NCBI GenBank assembly: GCA_977016875.1
Contig: CDRNST010000091.1
Span: 1,984,001-2,048,000, forward strand
DNA length: 64,000 nucleotides
Direction: 5' to 3'
Source: Pavona decussata
Taxonomy: Eukaryota
Shown here: in pieces, positions 52,826 through 64,000 of the stretch
Numbering within the stretch: position 1 is the first letter of the stretch
Layout: each line of letters opens with the position of its first letter
Made by a program: the position numbers and the translations under genes
Notes under the pieces: model-generated
The model's database searches: none
The model's input: the letters and a program-made list of their open reading frames with translations, nothing else
What the model was told of the DNA's origin: nothing

Positions 52826-54586
52826 CTAATAATCCTCAGGCTCCTCCTCTTCTGGGGAATCTTCTTCCGCTTGGCTCGCGGGGAATGGTATCGTGTCGTC
52901 CGAGTCCACCTCATGTCCGATGTCTTCCACAACTCGACTTTGATCGTCTGTTACGTGTTGAATCTCGTCTCCTAGTGCAGAGACATCCCGACTCTGTGCG
53001 GTTATCAGAGAGCTTAAATCGTCGCCAAAAGCCTCAGTTTGATGTGATAAATAATTGACGGCTCGTCCACCAGGAAAAGCTGGGCCATAATAGGGGAAGT
53101 AAGGTCCATACGGAATTGGGCGTGCGCTTACTGCAACAAGGAAACAAGGAAAATTGTAAATACAACTCCTGGCATAATTACAGTTACATTATCGAGAATA
53201 ACCTTTACAATGTTTATGGCTATCCCTTATCACGACAGCACAATCAGAAAGACGCTTACGTTATTTCTATATCCTCATACGCAGCTTGCAAAGACGTTTT
53301 ATTTTCATCCATTGCGATGAATTGCTACTCCCTCAATAGGTATCCAAGCATTTTCTAAATTTTTTCTAACTTTTTTTAAATATTTGGATGGGGAGAGTAG
53401 GTGTGGAACAATAGTTTTTAATTGGTTGAGGTAACGATACGAGGGCTGCATCCGAGACTCCGACCGTAACGTTTCTTGAATAGTGTTTTACACGAACGGT
53501 ATGGTGAAGGGGAGTTGGTATAGGATTGTGTCCTGGGAAGTAGTCTCTTAAACGTTAACACAAAGTTTCCCCTGTGATTGACCAGATTTTTTCTGTTTTT
53601 TTGATAGCAAGGCTTTGACCCATGAACAATTTGAGCATGGGCAAGTCTCATGTGACTCGTGAAGACAAGAAGTAGGGATCAAATTTTGGTCGCCACAATA
53701 AAATCTTTGACAAGAAACGATAGTTCACAAAAAGAGATTGTTTTTTTCCCAGAAACAAGTTCTCTTGTGTCTGCCAACTCTACAAACCACAACAGAAAAT
53801 GCGCATTTAGAAAATTTGAGGTCAATTTACCGTTACACTAAAAACAAGCAAACAGTTGCACGGTCTTGCCATGAGATTAATGTTTTTGTGTTTTCATTTT
53901 TGTGTGTGTGCTTTAGCATTTCCCTGTCCGAATTACAGAAGTCGCCGTCTAGAGATGTGCTTCGTCTGGTGGAAAATAGAACACATTTCCCAATATAGGT
54001 CATTTGGAGCCTGCTCACAGGATAGAATTCTGGGAGTAGATCTATAACGAGGAATTGATCGTATGATTGGAGTGTCCGTAAGGAAACGTTTATGTTCGGT
54101 TGACACCAGCCTGCACAAAACTATAGTTCATGCCTGGTTGCACACGAGCAAGTTTTGCTTGACAAGTTTTTTGGCAAATTTGACTTGTTCATTTCAAAGG
54201 GTTGACCAACTTGATGAGAAACTGGAGGGACATATTTTGAACAAAGAGTCTCGTCGAGAAGAAATTCTGCACATTTTGTTGTACACACGAGTATATAAAC
54301 CTTGTCAAATGAAGGCTTGATAAGGAAAGCAGTTTGATGATATGTACAACCAGCCAAAGTCAGGACGGTCTTGCCGTTTACCTAAAACCAGTTACGTTCC
54401 TTAACACCTCTTGAAAATCATTGCGTCAAATCGCCCTCCACTTTGCAATCATATTTAAACTATATGAACATACGTTGCTGGCAGTGGTTCTTTATATCGT
54501 GGGAAAACCAGATCAACTACTGCAGACTCACCTGTGTTAAGACTCAGACTAAACAATAACACCAGAAAAGCAGAATATAAAATCAT
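52826..54586 (-). CDS. Small secreted protein B (119 aa), Tyr/Pro/Gly-rich N-terminus and acidic C-terminus; not in the ORF track
   Basis: Exon 54586-54532 (MILYSAFLVLLFSLSLNT, donor GTGAGT, phase 1) plus exon 53130-52826 (acceptor tttccttgttgcag) give MILYSAFLVLLFSLSLNTVSA|RPIPYGPYFPYYGPAFPGGRAVNYLSHQTEAFGDDLSSLITAQSRDVSALGDEIQHVTDDQSRVVEDIGHEVDSDDTIPFPASQAEEDSPEEEEPEDY*. Confidence 0.78.
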
Positions 54587-55000
54587 CTTCACTCTTCATT
54601 GCTTGCTCCTCGATCATCAACATTGCCTTGGCGGCAGGTGGGATGTCGACCAGTTCCCCACCTGCTTCTCGCTCGAGTGGTTTTCCTCCGGGAATTAAAT
54701 CTTTTCATCAAAAGAACGTCTTTAAGGGATTGAATTCGGAAACTTTTCCAAATCTATAACATTTAAAATCAAAGAGCACCATATGGAAGTATTGAGCAAC
54801 AGGTTGTTATTGAGTGGAAACGTATCACATCTGGATCTGCCACAGGTTAAAACCGATTAGGTCAGTAATCCTATTCCAACACAGGGACAGCGTTTTTCGC
54901 ACGCTTTGATTGGCTACCCAACTGCAAACACTATTTGCTATTCACTTCCCGGCAATTTCCTGACTTTTGCGTCGGCGTTTTCTCACCAATAATCACTAGT

Positions 55001-55308
55001 TTAAAATTGGTAAACAGGGGCTTAAAACTGATCTAAAAGACTTAAAAAGTTTCCCAAATGTTCGAACCGTATCTAAGGTTCTTCTTCGGGGGACAATGAA
55101 TCTAAAATTCAAAATCAGTACTTCATATTTTGACTCCCAAGAGATCTTAACAGCGGCACATAAGATCTCTTTGGAGTCGAAATATGACGCAGTAATTTTG
55201 AATTTCAGATTCACATTTCTCGAAGAAGAACCAGAGATACGGTTCCAAAATTTGGGAAACTTTTTAAGATTTTGAGATTACTTTTAAGCCCCTTTTTACC
55301 AATTTTAA
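55001..55308. repeat. ~310-bp imperfect foldback palindrome within an older repeat relic (~54865-55420)
   Basis: ttaaaattggtaaacaggggcttaaaa / ttttaagccccttttaccaattttaa, pairing continues inward to gactcccaagagatctta / taagatctctttggagtc. Confidence 0.8.
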
Positions 55309-56287
55309 TCATGAACACTGATCACCAAATCGGTAGCTTGATACATACTAATTAAAAACAGTTATGCGGATCGGGAAATGTCCACCACTATTTACCTCCA
55401 CTACGATCAACACTTGTTAAACATTGTACAATTCAAATTTGAAAATGGGGTAACATGCCTGATCTGACAAAACAATGTAATATGCATTTCAAAAGACAAG
55501 GCAAAAATTTTTGTTTCGGTACACGACATTTTATCTCAAAATGCGTGGTAACCGATTATTTTCTACAAAGTGGTTGGTTGTCTTTAATTACAAAGATTGT
55601 ATGGTTTTCAAGCAAAGCATAGGTTTAAAAAAGTCAAAACACGCATTGAAAACTAAATAATGCAAATTTTTGTCTTAACTATAGAATTGACACGGATCAA
55701 TTTCTCATGTCTGTTTAATTATAAAATAGTGGCAGATCACAAGCAGTTACAAATGGCGGGTTCTCGTAAGGAGTGGTAAAGCAGTTGTTTCAAACTGAAA
55801 TAAATTTTGTCTGCTTGGGCAGACAACCTTGAGCCTTGTGCTCTGAGCCCCTCCCTTTGATTAATCACTGTAAAAAAAATGCATCCCTTTTATGGTCAAT
55901 CGCAATTGTGAATCGTGGCCTGACATTAACGTATTCCTTGGACTTGGAATCAAAAGATTCAACTTTACAATATTCATAACAAAATTACTCTATTTTTCTA
56001 ATGTGAGGTCCTTACGCTGAATTAAAGCTAGAAATCAATCACGCTTCTTTGTTTCAGACAAATTACTTTAAAATTCTATCGCTGTCTGTCAGTATGTATC
56101 ATTGACTCTGTTCTTCGTTTTAATGTAAACTGGTTTCAATGCTACTCGCCGCAACAATGATCATGAAAGGTTGAGCAGAAAATACAGTTAGCTGGAAATT
56201 CTATAACCTTCAGGATAAAAGTTAGCACAGCTGGAAGACTGATATGTTCAGAAAGCTATTTTTCATGTCCTCTTACCGCAAATATTT

Positions 56288-59190
56288 CTAGTTTTTTTGT
56301 GCGATCACCGTGACTTTCCTAAGCGACGACAGAAAAGAGCATCTTTTACAAAGTTTTTTCTTAGTTGATAAGAAGGATTTCTTGCTGGTAATTCTCTTTG
56401 ACTTTAAATCTTGCTGTCTGTTAACTAATCCATCTTGAACATTCATCTTGCTTTTCTGGAGTATCTTTTGGTTTACAATGTCTTTGTGTTTTCTTTTATC
56501 AATGGCTTTTGCTGTGTGCCTATTAATCGGTGTTTTCTTTGGATTGTCCTTTACTTTGTGGCTTCTGATCAGTACAACATGACCCATATCTCTGTCATAG
56601 TCATTGACAGGGTTGTACATTAGGGCCCTCTGGCTGGCCCTTTCCTCAAACAAGGGCCTGGGAAGGAGTTGTAACTCATCAAGTCCATTTGTCCCTGATC
56701 TGCTTTGAATTATTTCAGTGGAGTCCTCCATCTTCTGAAATTTTCCTTTATTTTTCTGTAGCAGTTCTTCTGCTAGAGCTGTTCCAAGTCCATCCGAGGG
56801 TCCCAGCAGGGGAGGGCTTTCCTCATCACTCTGAGAAAGAAGCTTCCGATTTTCTCCGCCAAAGAATACCTTTTCCTCTCCTTCCTGAGGCATGACAGCG
56901 TTGTCCTTTAACGCATCCAATTTCTCCAAGAGTCTGGCCTTTTGATCTTGTAACAATCTGGGACTGTGTCGTAAATGTCCTAAACCAACGCCACCATCAC
57001 CAAGAAGTTCTTGTTCTTGAGATTGCCTGTCGAAATGGCTAAGTTGTTCAGGAGGTTCCTCTTGCTTTAGTTCCGGTACAGCTAAGGATTTTCCATCAAA
57101 ACTCTCGTAACCTTCTCCGGGTGGTCTTCCCTCGGATTTTGAATTCATCCAGCTTTTGTCAGTAAATGGGGGCTCTTCGTAGTCTTTTTGGCGCTGATCT
57201 GTTCCTTCGCTTGAGTCGCCGTAAGATCCGTACGAATTCCAACTATCGTAACTTGTTTGACGGTGTTTTGGCAAAGGTGGATTCTCCGAACCTTCGAGTC
57301 CTCCTCCAATGTACCCTTGAGCTTCACTGTCGCTACCCTTGATTGACTTCATGCCGGGGAAAAGCACTGGGTCATCTGGAAATATATTGGACGGAACACG
57401 GGACGGAGACGATGGCTTGAAGTACTTGTGCCATTGAGTGCTGCTTTGGATGAATGACACCTGGGCTGGAGACAAGGTGTCTACTCGAAAATCACCTATT
57501 TCTTTGGATGGAGGCCTGTTAAAGAATCTGTTGGCGTCATGTGTCTCTGGGCTTATCATACTCTGCAGCTTGTACTCCGCTTGGTCGATCCTGTTGGTGT
57601 CCTCACCGAGCAGTTCTTCCTTCTTGGCCACTTGAACCCTTTTTGGAACTTTGTGCCTTGTGTTTTGATTGCTTCCTAAGATAAATAAAGGAAATACTTG
57701 AACACTAGACAAGGTAAAATCTTTTTATATGCCTCACACACCGCCTGTAGCCACACGATTTTGAGGAAAGAAGCGAATTTCGACACTCCTGCTGCATAGA
57801 CTAGATGCTAGCCCATCACCAATATATACTACGGCGTTTTTTTCCGGTATCATTTTTGTACAATTGGGTTAGAACAGAGAATGCAAAGAAAAGTGAAAGT
57901 GAAAGAAATGGTGAGAATATAAGAAAAATTGGAGGTGCTAACCGTTGGAAGTTATTTTCAAGATGAGAAGAGTCTGGACATTTTCTGTTCTTAAATGAAT
58001 AAAATCAAGCATATAGGTGAAAAGACAAATTATGTAGGTCAAACTAAAATCAAACGATTATATTTGTAAAACAAGCTTCTGAATCAGACACACGTAAACT
58101 CATCAACAACTTGTTATATTACAAAAAACTACCATGACACATTGCAGGCATGTTTTATAGAGGAAACAGGGAATTTTGTATATTTTTCTTGTTTGTTTGT
58201 TGTTCTATGATTATTGACAGGCTCGTTAATGAGATAAATCGATACTTTTCTGAAAAAAAATTCGCCCATCTTGCCTACGTTTTTTCTGATCGCATCATGT
58301 CTTCCTATAATGAAAGAAACTCTGACACTGCTATCGCTACGAAAGAATGACATCCATGCGCTCCAATAAAATGAAAGAATGATTGAATATGATACTCGGA
58401 GTCGTGCCGGGTGCACCTGGAGTAGTTGCAACTAAATTGTGATCCTTATCAATAGCTGTAGAGCTAACAAAATGTCTTGTCTAGAGTTTTTATGTTGTCC
58501 CAAGGCTAGTTGCATTGTGCTAACTTCCTAACTTCCAAGAGTTTACTTGACTAACTCAGTGGAACAAAAAAAGTCGCAAATTGGTTCAAATTCTACATTT
58601 TCAACTGTCGATCAGTGCATCATGCCTTGAAAATCACATGTGTACACTCATGTAAATGAATATATCGCTATGTTTGTTACAGTATGGTATTCCAACATCA
58701 CCATTATATCAGTGTGCACGCTCTGGTCGTTTTGATATACTAAAAGAACATTGCTTTCCTTGTTTTGATGCCTTTGTCTTCAGCGATTACTTTTCCCGAA
58801 AGTGCTTGTCACCTTTTAACCTATTTTGAAACGTTTTTCTCAATAATCACATGCGTGTAACCATGATCCCTTTATTAGATTTACCCGCCTATCTGTAATT
58901 GAGAAGACCTAACCATATTCATAGGAATGACAGAATTCTGATGTCTCTAATTGGAAACTAAAGAATTAGAGTACAACGAAACTTTATTGCTTTCGGTAAT
59001 TTGCATTGATGTCCAACATATCATTAAGACTATTTTGATTATTTAATAAAACAACAACGAAAAAAACGGAGAAAGGTTAGGATTTTTACAGCATCGGATA
59101 TAAATACTACAATAAATGGGACTTACCATGTTTATGGGAATCGATCTGAGAAGCTAAACTTTGCAGCAATAAAAATAGTAACAGGTACAT
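56288..59190 (-). CDS. Secreted disordered protein C (~483 aa), acidic/Gly-Ser-rich core and Lys-rich C-terminus
   Basis: Exon 59190-59127 (MYLLLFLLLQSLASQIDSHKH, donor GTAAGT, phase 1) joins in frame to exon 57675-56288. Small internal exons are not excluded. Confidence 0.78.
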
Positions 59191-59994
59191 TTCACAAGGA
59201 AAATAACTTCAAGAAAACGATGCATTTAAAACTTAGGCAAAACCGGTGTTTTTAACGACCATCGATCATTGATACCACAACCGATTAATATTTCACACTT
59301 TATGACGTCAGAGCATCTTGTCTATTTTGTCTAGGCGAATTTGTTCAACTTGTGGAACGATGATTCGACTAAAATCTCACCGGTATGGTATTTTCTGATT
59401 GTGTCTTAGGCGATGCGGTAGACAAGTTGGTTATAAAACCCCAGAGGGTAACCAAATATTGCTATCTTTAACATCTAAGAGTTGTCAGGGTTAGCACGGT
59501 CCAGTGATTGGAACAGGTGACTTTCCTTCGCTTGCTTATCTCCCGGAAAAAATCCTTATTTGTCCTAAACTGTTGACCATCCCAACCATGACATATTTAC
59601 CGCTAAGATTTGCCGAACTTTACCACTGTCAAAGGGAAGTTAAACTAAAGCGAGCCTTTAATAAAACCAACTTGAATGGATTATACTTCTCCTAATGGAG
59701 AAAACTCGATTTATCTTCCAGATTCCATCCAAAAACTATAATAGTAGTCAATTTTGTAAAGCTTTCTAAACTAAATCGTCTCGTCCCTTCTTTTGAGTGT
59801 GCGTAGACCAACCAACTCGTTTAATCGCTGTCTACCCGACGTTCATTTCCCATTTAACTTAGTCACGTGATCCTTTTGTTATTACATCATTCAATTTATT
59901 GTTCGTCTCTCTTCCCACTAAACATGGATGCTTTCATTGAAAAAACCTAATACTCGACATGCGGGAAATAAATCCTCGTATTTAGAGAGATGTT
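59191..59994. promoter_or_regulatory. Putative bidirectional promoter between genes C and D
   Basis: 804 bp between divergent ATGs. Contains a CRE palindrome TGACGTCA (59303-59310) and an E-box GTCACGTGA (59862-59870). Confidence 0.45.
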
Positions 59995-62900
59995 ATGGCG
60001 TCGACAACCACATGGACTTGGATACTGTTTGTTCTATTTACGGCTTTGACAGGTTTGTGTTGTGAATCTTACATGCGATCGTACCGGCAGGTTATATTAA
60101 GTTTTGCCCGTGGTCGCTCACAAAGTAATGCTAGAGAAAAACTATAGATAAACGTGGTTTAAAGAGAAGAATGCTTTGAAAATCAGAAAACCCACTGTCC
60201 AAGCAAAACATCTATAACTATTTCATCAGCTGTCTGCGTCACACATGCATCGCTACTTCTGTGCAACACGACAGGCACTCAACTGTAGTTTGTTGACTAA
60301 CGTACGATGGTACTCCATTTTCAACACTGATTAAGTCGCGCAAACATTTTGTGTGTGTATTTTTCTGTTAGGGTAAGCTAAATTGAATTGCAATTGTTTC
60401 AATAAGACCATCTATTCTGTTTAAACACTTATCTTAAATTGGCGGAACAATTACGAATTGGCACATTTACTAACTTTTCAAAACTGGCCGTCCACCCAAT
60501 CCCTTAAATGAGGCGTAGTAAGCGATAGTAAATTAGTACGAGTGTTATTAGTATAGGTTATTTAAACTGGTTCTAAATTATAAGAGTTGAGTTGTGATAA
60601 ATGTATGTCTTTAGGAGATTACTCTATGACATCCATAAATATGAGCTGAGAAGCAAAATGTACAAAAGTTGATGTTCGCCCATTTACCTTAATTTTAAAG
60701 CCCCAATTACTCCAGACACAGAAGATAAAAGAGTTGTTGTATCACTTTTATTTTTCGTTTCTTCTTTGGTCATCACTTACACAACCACTGAGACCTTTAC
60801 TTATGTCATGGAGTTCTTTGCTGTGGTCTTTGGATGAAATCCTTAAGTGTGACCGGTCAGATGGAAGCCCTTCAGAAGCACGTATCTATGGTGCTGTTTA
60901 TTTTTGTGTGAATTCGTAATCATGGGATTTTTCTTCTCCCTTCTATTTCGTGTACTCCTTGGAGTCCCAAGTTTAAAGTACAATTTTTTACTTTTTTGTA
61001 GATTTCTTAGCAGTCGACTTAAGTTTAATTTGCTCTTTCCTTTGAACGTTTTAGCCACCACACTAGCAAAAGCTGCCATCGGTCAAGTTGGACCATCTCA
61101 TGGCTCTAAGAATGCGACCACTAAGTCCCGCAAAAGGCAGGAAATAATATTCCTCAGGGATGACTCATCACACAAACGAAACAGAGAAGGAGAGACAATG
61201 GCAAATATAGAAAAGCACGGGAAAAGTTTGTCTGCTGAAGGAAACATTTTTAAAGGAGCACCCAAGGTTAATAATTACGATAACTCGTCAGACTATCAAG
61301 GACCTGCACTTAAGGAACAATCAGCCAGTAAAGACAAAGGACCACCTGAAATACAAGAAAATGAGAAAAAGAGCGATGCATATGAGGTAGTCTCTGATAA
61401 CGATCACAATAATTATGCTGCTTCGCCAGCTGAAGACGAAACGCCTAAGATAATAAAAATCAGTCGCCATAAAGGTGATCATGTAAACAGAATATATGCA
61501 AGTGATCAAGATTCAGGTAGTTTTACAGGGCATCATAGGTCTGGACTCCATATTGTCTCAGAAGATGGTGATAATGATGATGATGGTGATGATGATGATG
61601 AAAATGTATTGGGTGACAAAGACGCGAGACTCTATGGCTCTATTGGATCACCTGTTCAAATGCCTATTAGGCGGCATAAATCACACTTCCGAGCTCGACA
61701 ACGCCAGTTATATAATCCAAACGACTACATTCCACCAAACGTTGTATCGGTGTCTCAAGATGCCTTATCTGGTCTCCAGGATGAAGGTCAATCCAGAGAC
61801 GAAATCTTCCCTATTTTCAGAAGACGTGATCCCCTCTCGTTTTCCCAGTTATCACAATTAACGCAACCACAAGAGTTGATGCAACCTTTTCAACCACTCA
61901 GTCCAAAATCTCTCTCTGTAGGCGAACGGCCTAATATGTTTTTACTTCCACTATATAATGGTCGCGTGGGTTCAGATACCGCTGTTGTTCCCATTACAGC
62001 TCAGAACGCTTTTCCTGCGGCTCAAACTCAACTGGGAGCAACTCCAATGCAATATTCTTCCTCTCCAACGCCAGCAACCTTTAACAATGGGTTATTAATG
62101 CAATCAGCACTGCAAGTTCCTCTATTGCAGTCACAATCTGTGAATCCCACTTTCGATTTGCCACCACAATCGGCCGGACAGTTTCTGTTTAATAACCAAC
62201 AACCTGATGTGCGGTCTTTGTACCAGCTTCAGCCACAACCTCAGGTGCAAATCCCTCAAGATACCATGTCACAGATTGCACAGCCGCAACAGTTTATATT
62301 TCCAGCCCAAATGCAGATGACGTCAGATGTGCTCGGCTCAGCAAGGCAACAGGTTACGAGATTACCTAGTCGGTGGGTAGATGAAGATGGGCGTGAACGT
62401 AGTGAAGTATTGGATCGTCAAAGAGACAGATCAGATGATGACGGTTCTCAAGATGACAGAAGTGAGGACAATGATGAATACGATGAAGAAGCAACGCATG
62501 AAAGCAGCAGATACTATGACAAAGAAGACGATTCTCGGAGAGAAGACGAAGACGCTGATGAGTTAGATCAGACGCAAGACTATGCGCCTGAGCGATCATA
62601 TTCTCGAGACGATGGTAGGTCTTCGGAGGAGGAAGGGGAGGACACAGAGGAGCCTGAAGGGGAACCTGCAGAGGATGCTACTGGTCGGTACGGATCCTTT
62701 GGGAGAAATGATGCAGCCACGGACAATGAGGAAGGTCCAGATACTCTTTCCCCAGAAGAAGATGATGACGATGATCAAGACATTCCACCACAGGAAAATG
62801 CCTTTGCCAGACAAGGTAATACACAGCAGTTTGATCGTCACACAATGCAACGTTTCCTGGGAACGAACCGGGGCTTTAACTTCCACAAATTAGAACCGCC

Positions 62901-63492
62901 CTCAACCCAAATGGACGCCCAAACGTTTTCAAGGTATCAACTGACTTCTCCTTCCTCAGCCCTTAAAGAACATATTTTACCTACAAGCCAAGAACCTAGA
63001 CCCACTATAGATACACCCGAAGATACACACCTTAAAGTCTCCCAGATGAGCCAGGCGGAAGCCCAGTTTTTGGAAAATAAGGCAACCATGCAACCAATGT
63101 TTGCACCTCGTATTGCATCTAAAGACAAAATTCCTGGGAAAACTAAAAGACTTCGGTTTGGTCTGGGAAACGTGCTAATTCGTTTGAACGGAAGACCGTT
63201 GGAAGATTCCTCTCAACTGCGAAGTAAGATCATCAATGGTCAGATTATACAAGGAAAAGGAAAACTGGTCAAATCGAAAGGTCCAGTACGAGTGAAACTG
63301 TCACATACTAAGGACGCAAGGCATCTAAAGATAATTGACATAATAGCGCCAAAACAGTCTCATGTATACGATACTAAAAGTAAGATCAGAAAGCCTACAA
63401 ACGTTTCGAATGAAAGTAATAAAACAGATACAAAAATGGATTCATCGCCTGCCAGTAAAAGACTGCAAAAGGCACTTGATACTATCACATAA
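59995..63492 (+). CDS. Secreted disordered protein D (~831 aa) with Asp/Glu-rich and Gln/Pro-rich blocks and a basic C-terminus
   Basis: Exon 59995-60052 (MASTTTWTWILFVLFTALT, phase-1 donor) joins in frame to exon 61055-63492 (ATTLAKAAIG...). Furin-like RKR|Q site; acidic tracts DGDNDDDGDDDDE and ~62380-62785. Confidence 0.8.
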
Positions 63493-64000
63493 ATACTGAG
63501 AGGGATACAACGGCAGTTTGAAAACTAAACCAGAATGAGTCAGCGCAGGGAGTTACGCAAATGTTCCATCGATATAGCGTCCGTATTCAGTGGCGACTAA
63601 TTATTGGCTCGAAAGTAAACGCAACTGTTAGCGTAATGTAATGTAAATACCGTTTTCTTCTAGGTGTACCAAAGCTTTGTGTCAAAAATGAAGATCACTC
63701 CTAACGTACAGAAAAGAACTAACATCTTGAAAGCGATCCAAAAAAGATTAAGTCGAGAACTCTACAGTTTATGTACCATTTGTAAACATTACAGAACAAG
63801 GGTTCAAATTTAAATTAGAAAGAAATGGAAAATAGGAACTTGAAACATATGCAGTACTCGTGGTGTCACTTGCTGACTAGCTACCAAACCTTCCATTGAA
63901 ATAGTCTCGTACATCCCAATTATCATTAATTAAAAATTGTCCACGCTAAGTGCTCTTACGTTTTTATGACCCTTTCTCTCCCAGCGCAATTTCGGATGCC

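Noticed and set aside
53400-54385. Extra internal exons for gene B
   Set aside because: Several weak acceptors exist, but none gives a model as clean as the direct 54532-53130 join.
60904-61054. Hydrophobic N-terminus of the 862-aa ORF
   Set aside because: T-rich intron sequence before the acceptor at 61054. A better signal-peptide exon lies at 59995-60052.
56288-63492. Proteins C and D as classical neuropeptide precursors
   Set aside because: Basic sites are present, but there are no repeated amidated peptide copies (RFG, LWG, RWG).

Overview
AT-rich eukaryotic (metazoan) genomic DNA with spliceosomal GT-AG introns. The repeat and GPCR families look like those of an anthozoan cnidarian, probably a stony coral (inference from recall, not checked). 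Left half: four intact intronless-CDS class A GPCR paralogs plus one pseudogene, interrupted by an 8-exon type II membrane DUF229 (alkaline phosphatase/sulfatase-fold) gene that carries a Penelope-like RT fragment in an intron. Right half (32.5-63.5 kb): four consecutive secreted, low-complexity orphan-like protein genes that I rebuilt by hand from splice sites. They are about 982, 119, 483 and 831 aa, and the 119-aa gene is absent from the ORF track. Each starts with a coding exon that is essentially the signal peptide and ends in a phase-1 intron. Between them they carry acidic, Gly/Met/Asn-, Gln/Pro- or Tyr/Pro-rich blocks, S-x-E motifs and (in the three large ones) basic C-termini. This cluster is the best candidate for an undescribed system, possibly an extracellular or skeletal matrix locus. 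Introns and intergenic DNA hold many MITEs (one nested), SINE/LINE/Crypton relics, minimal hammerhead-ribozyme repeats and a ~1 kb direct duplication. All gene models are manual predictions.
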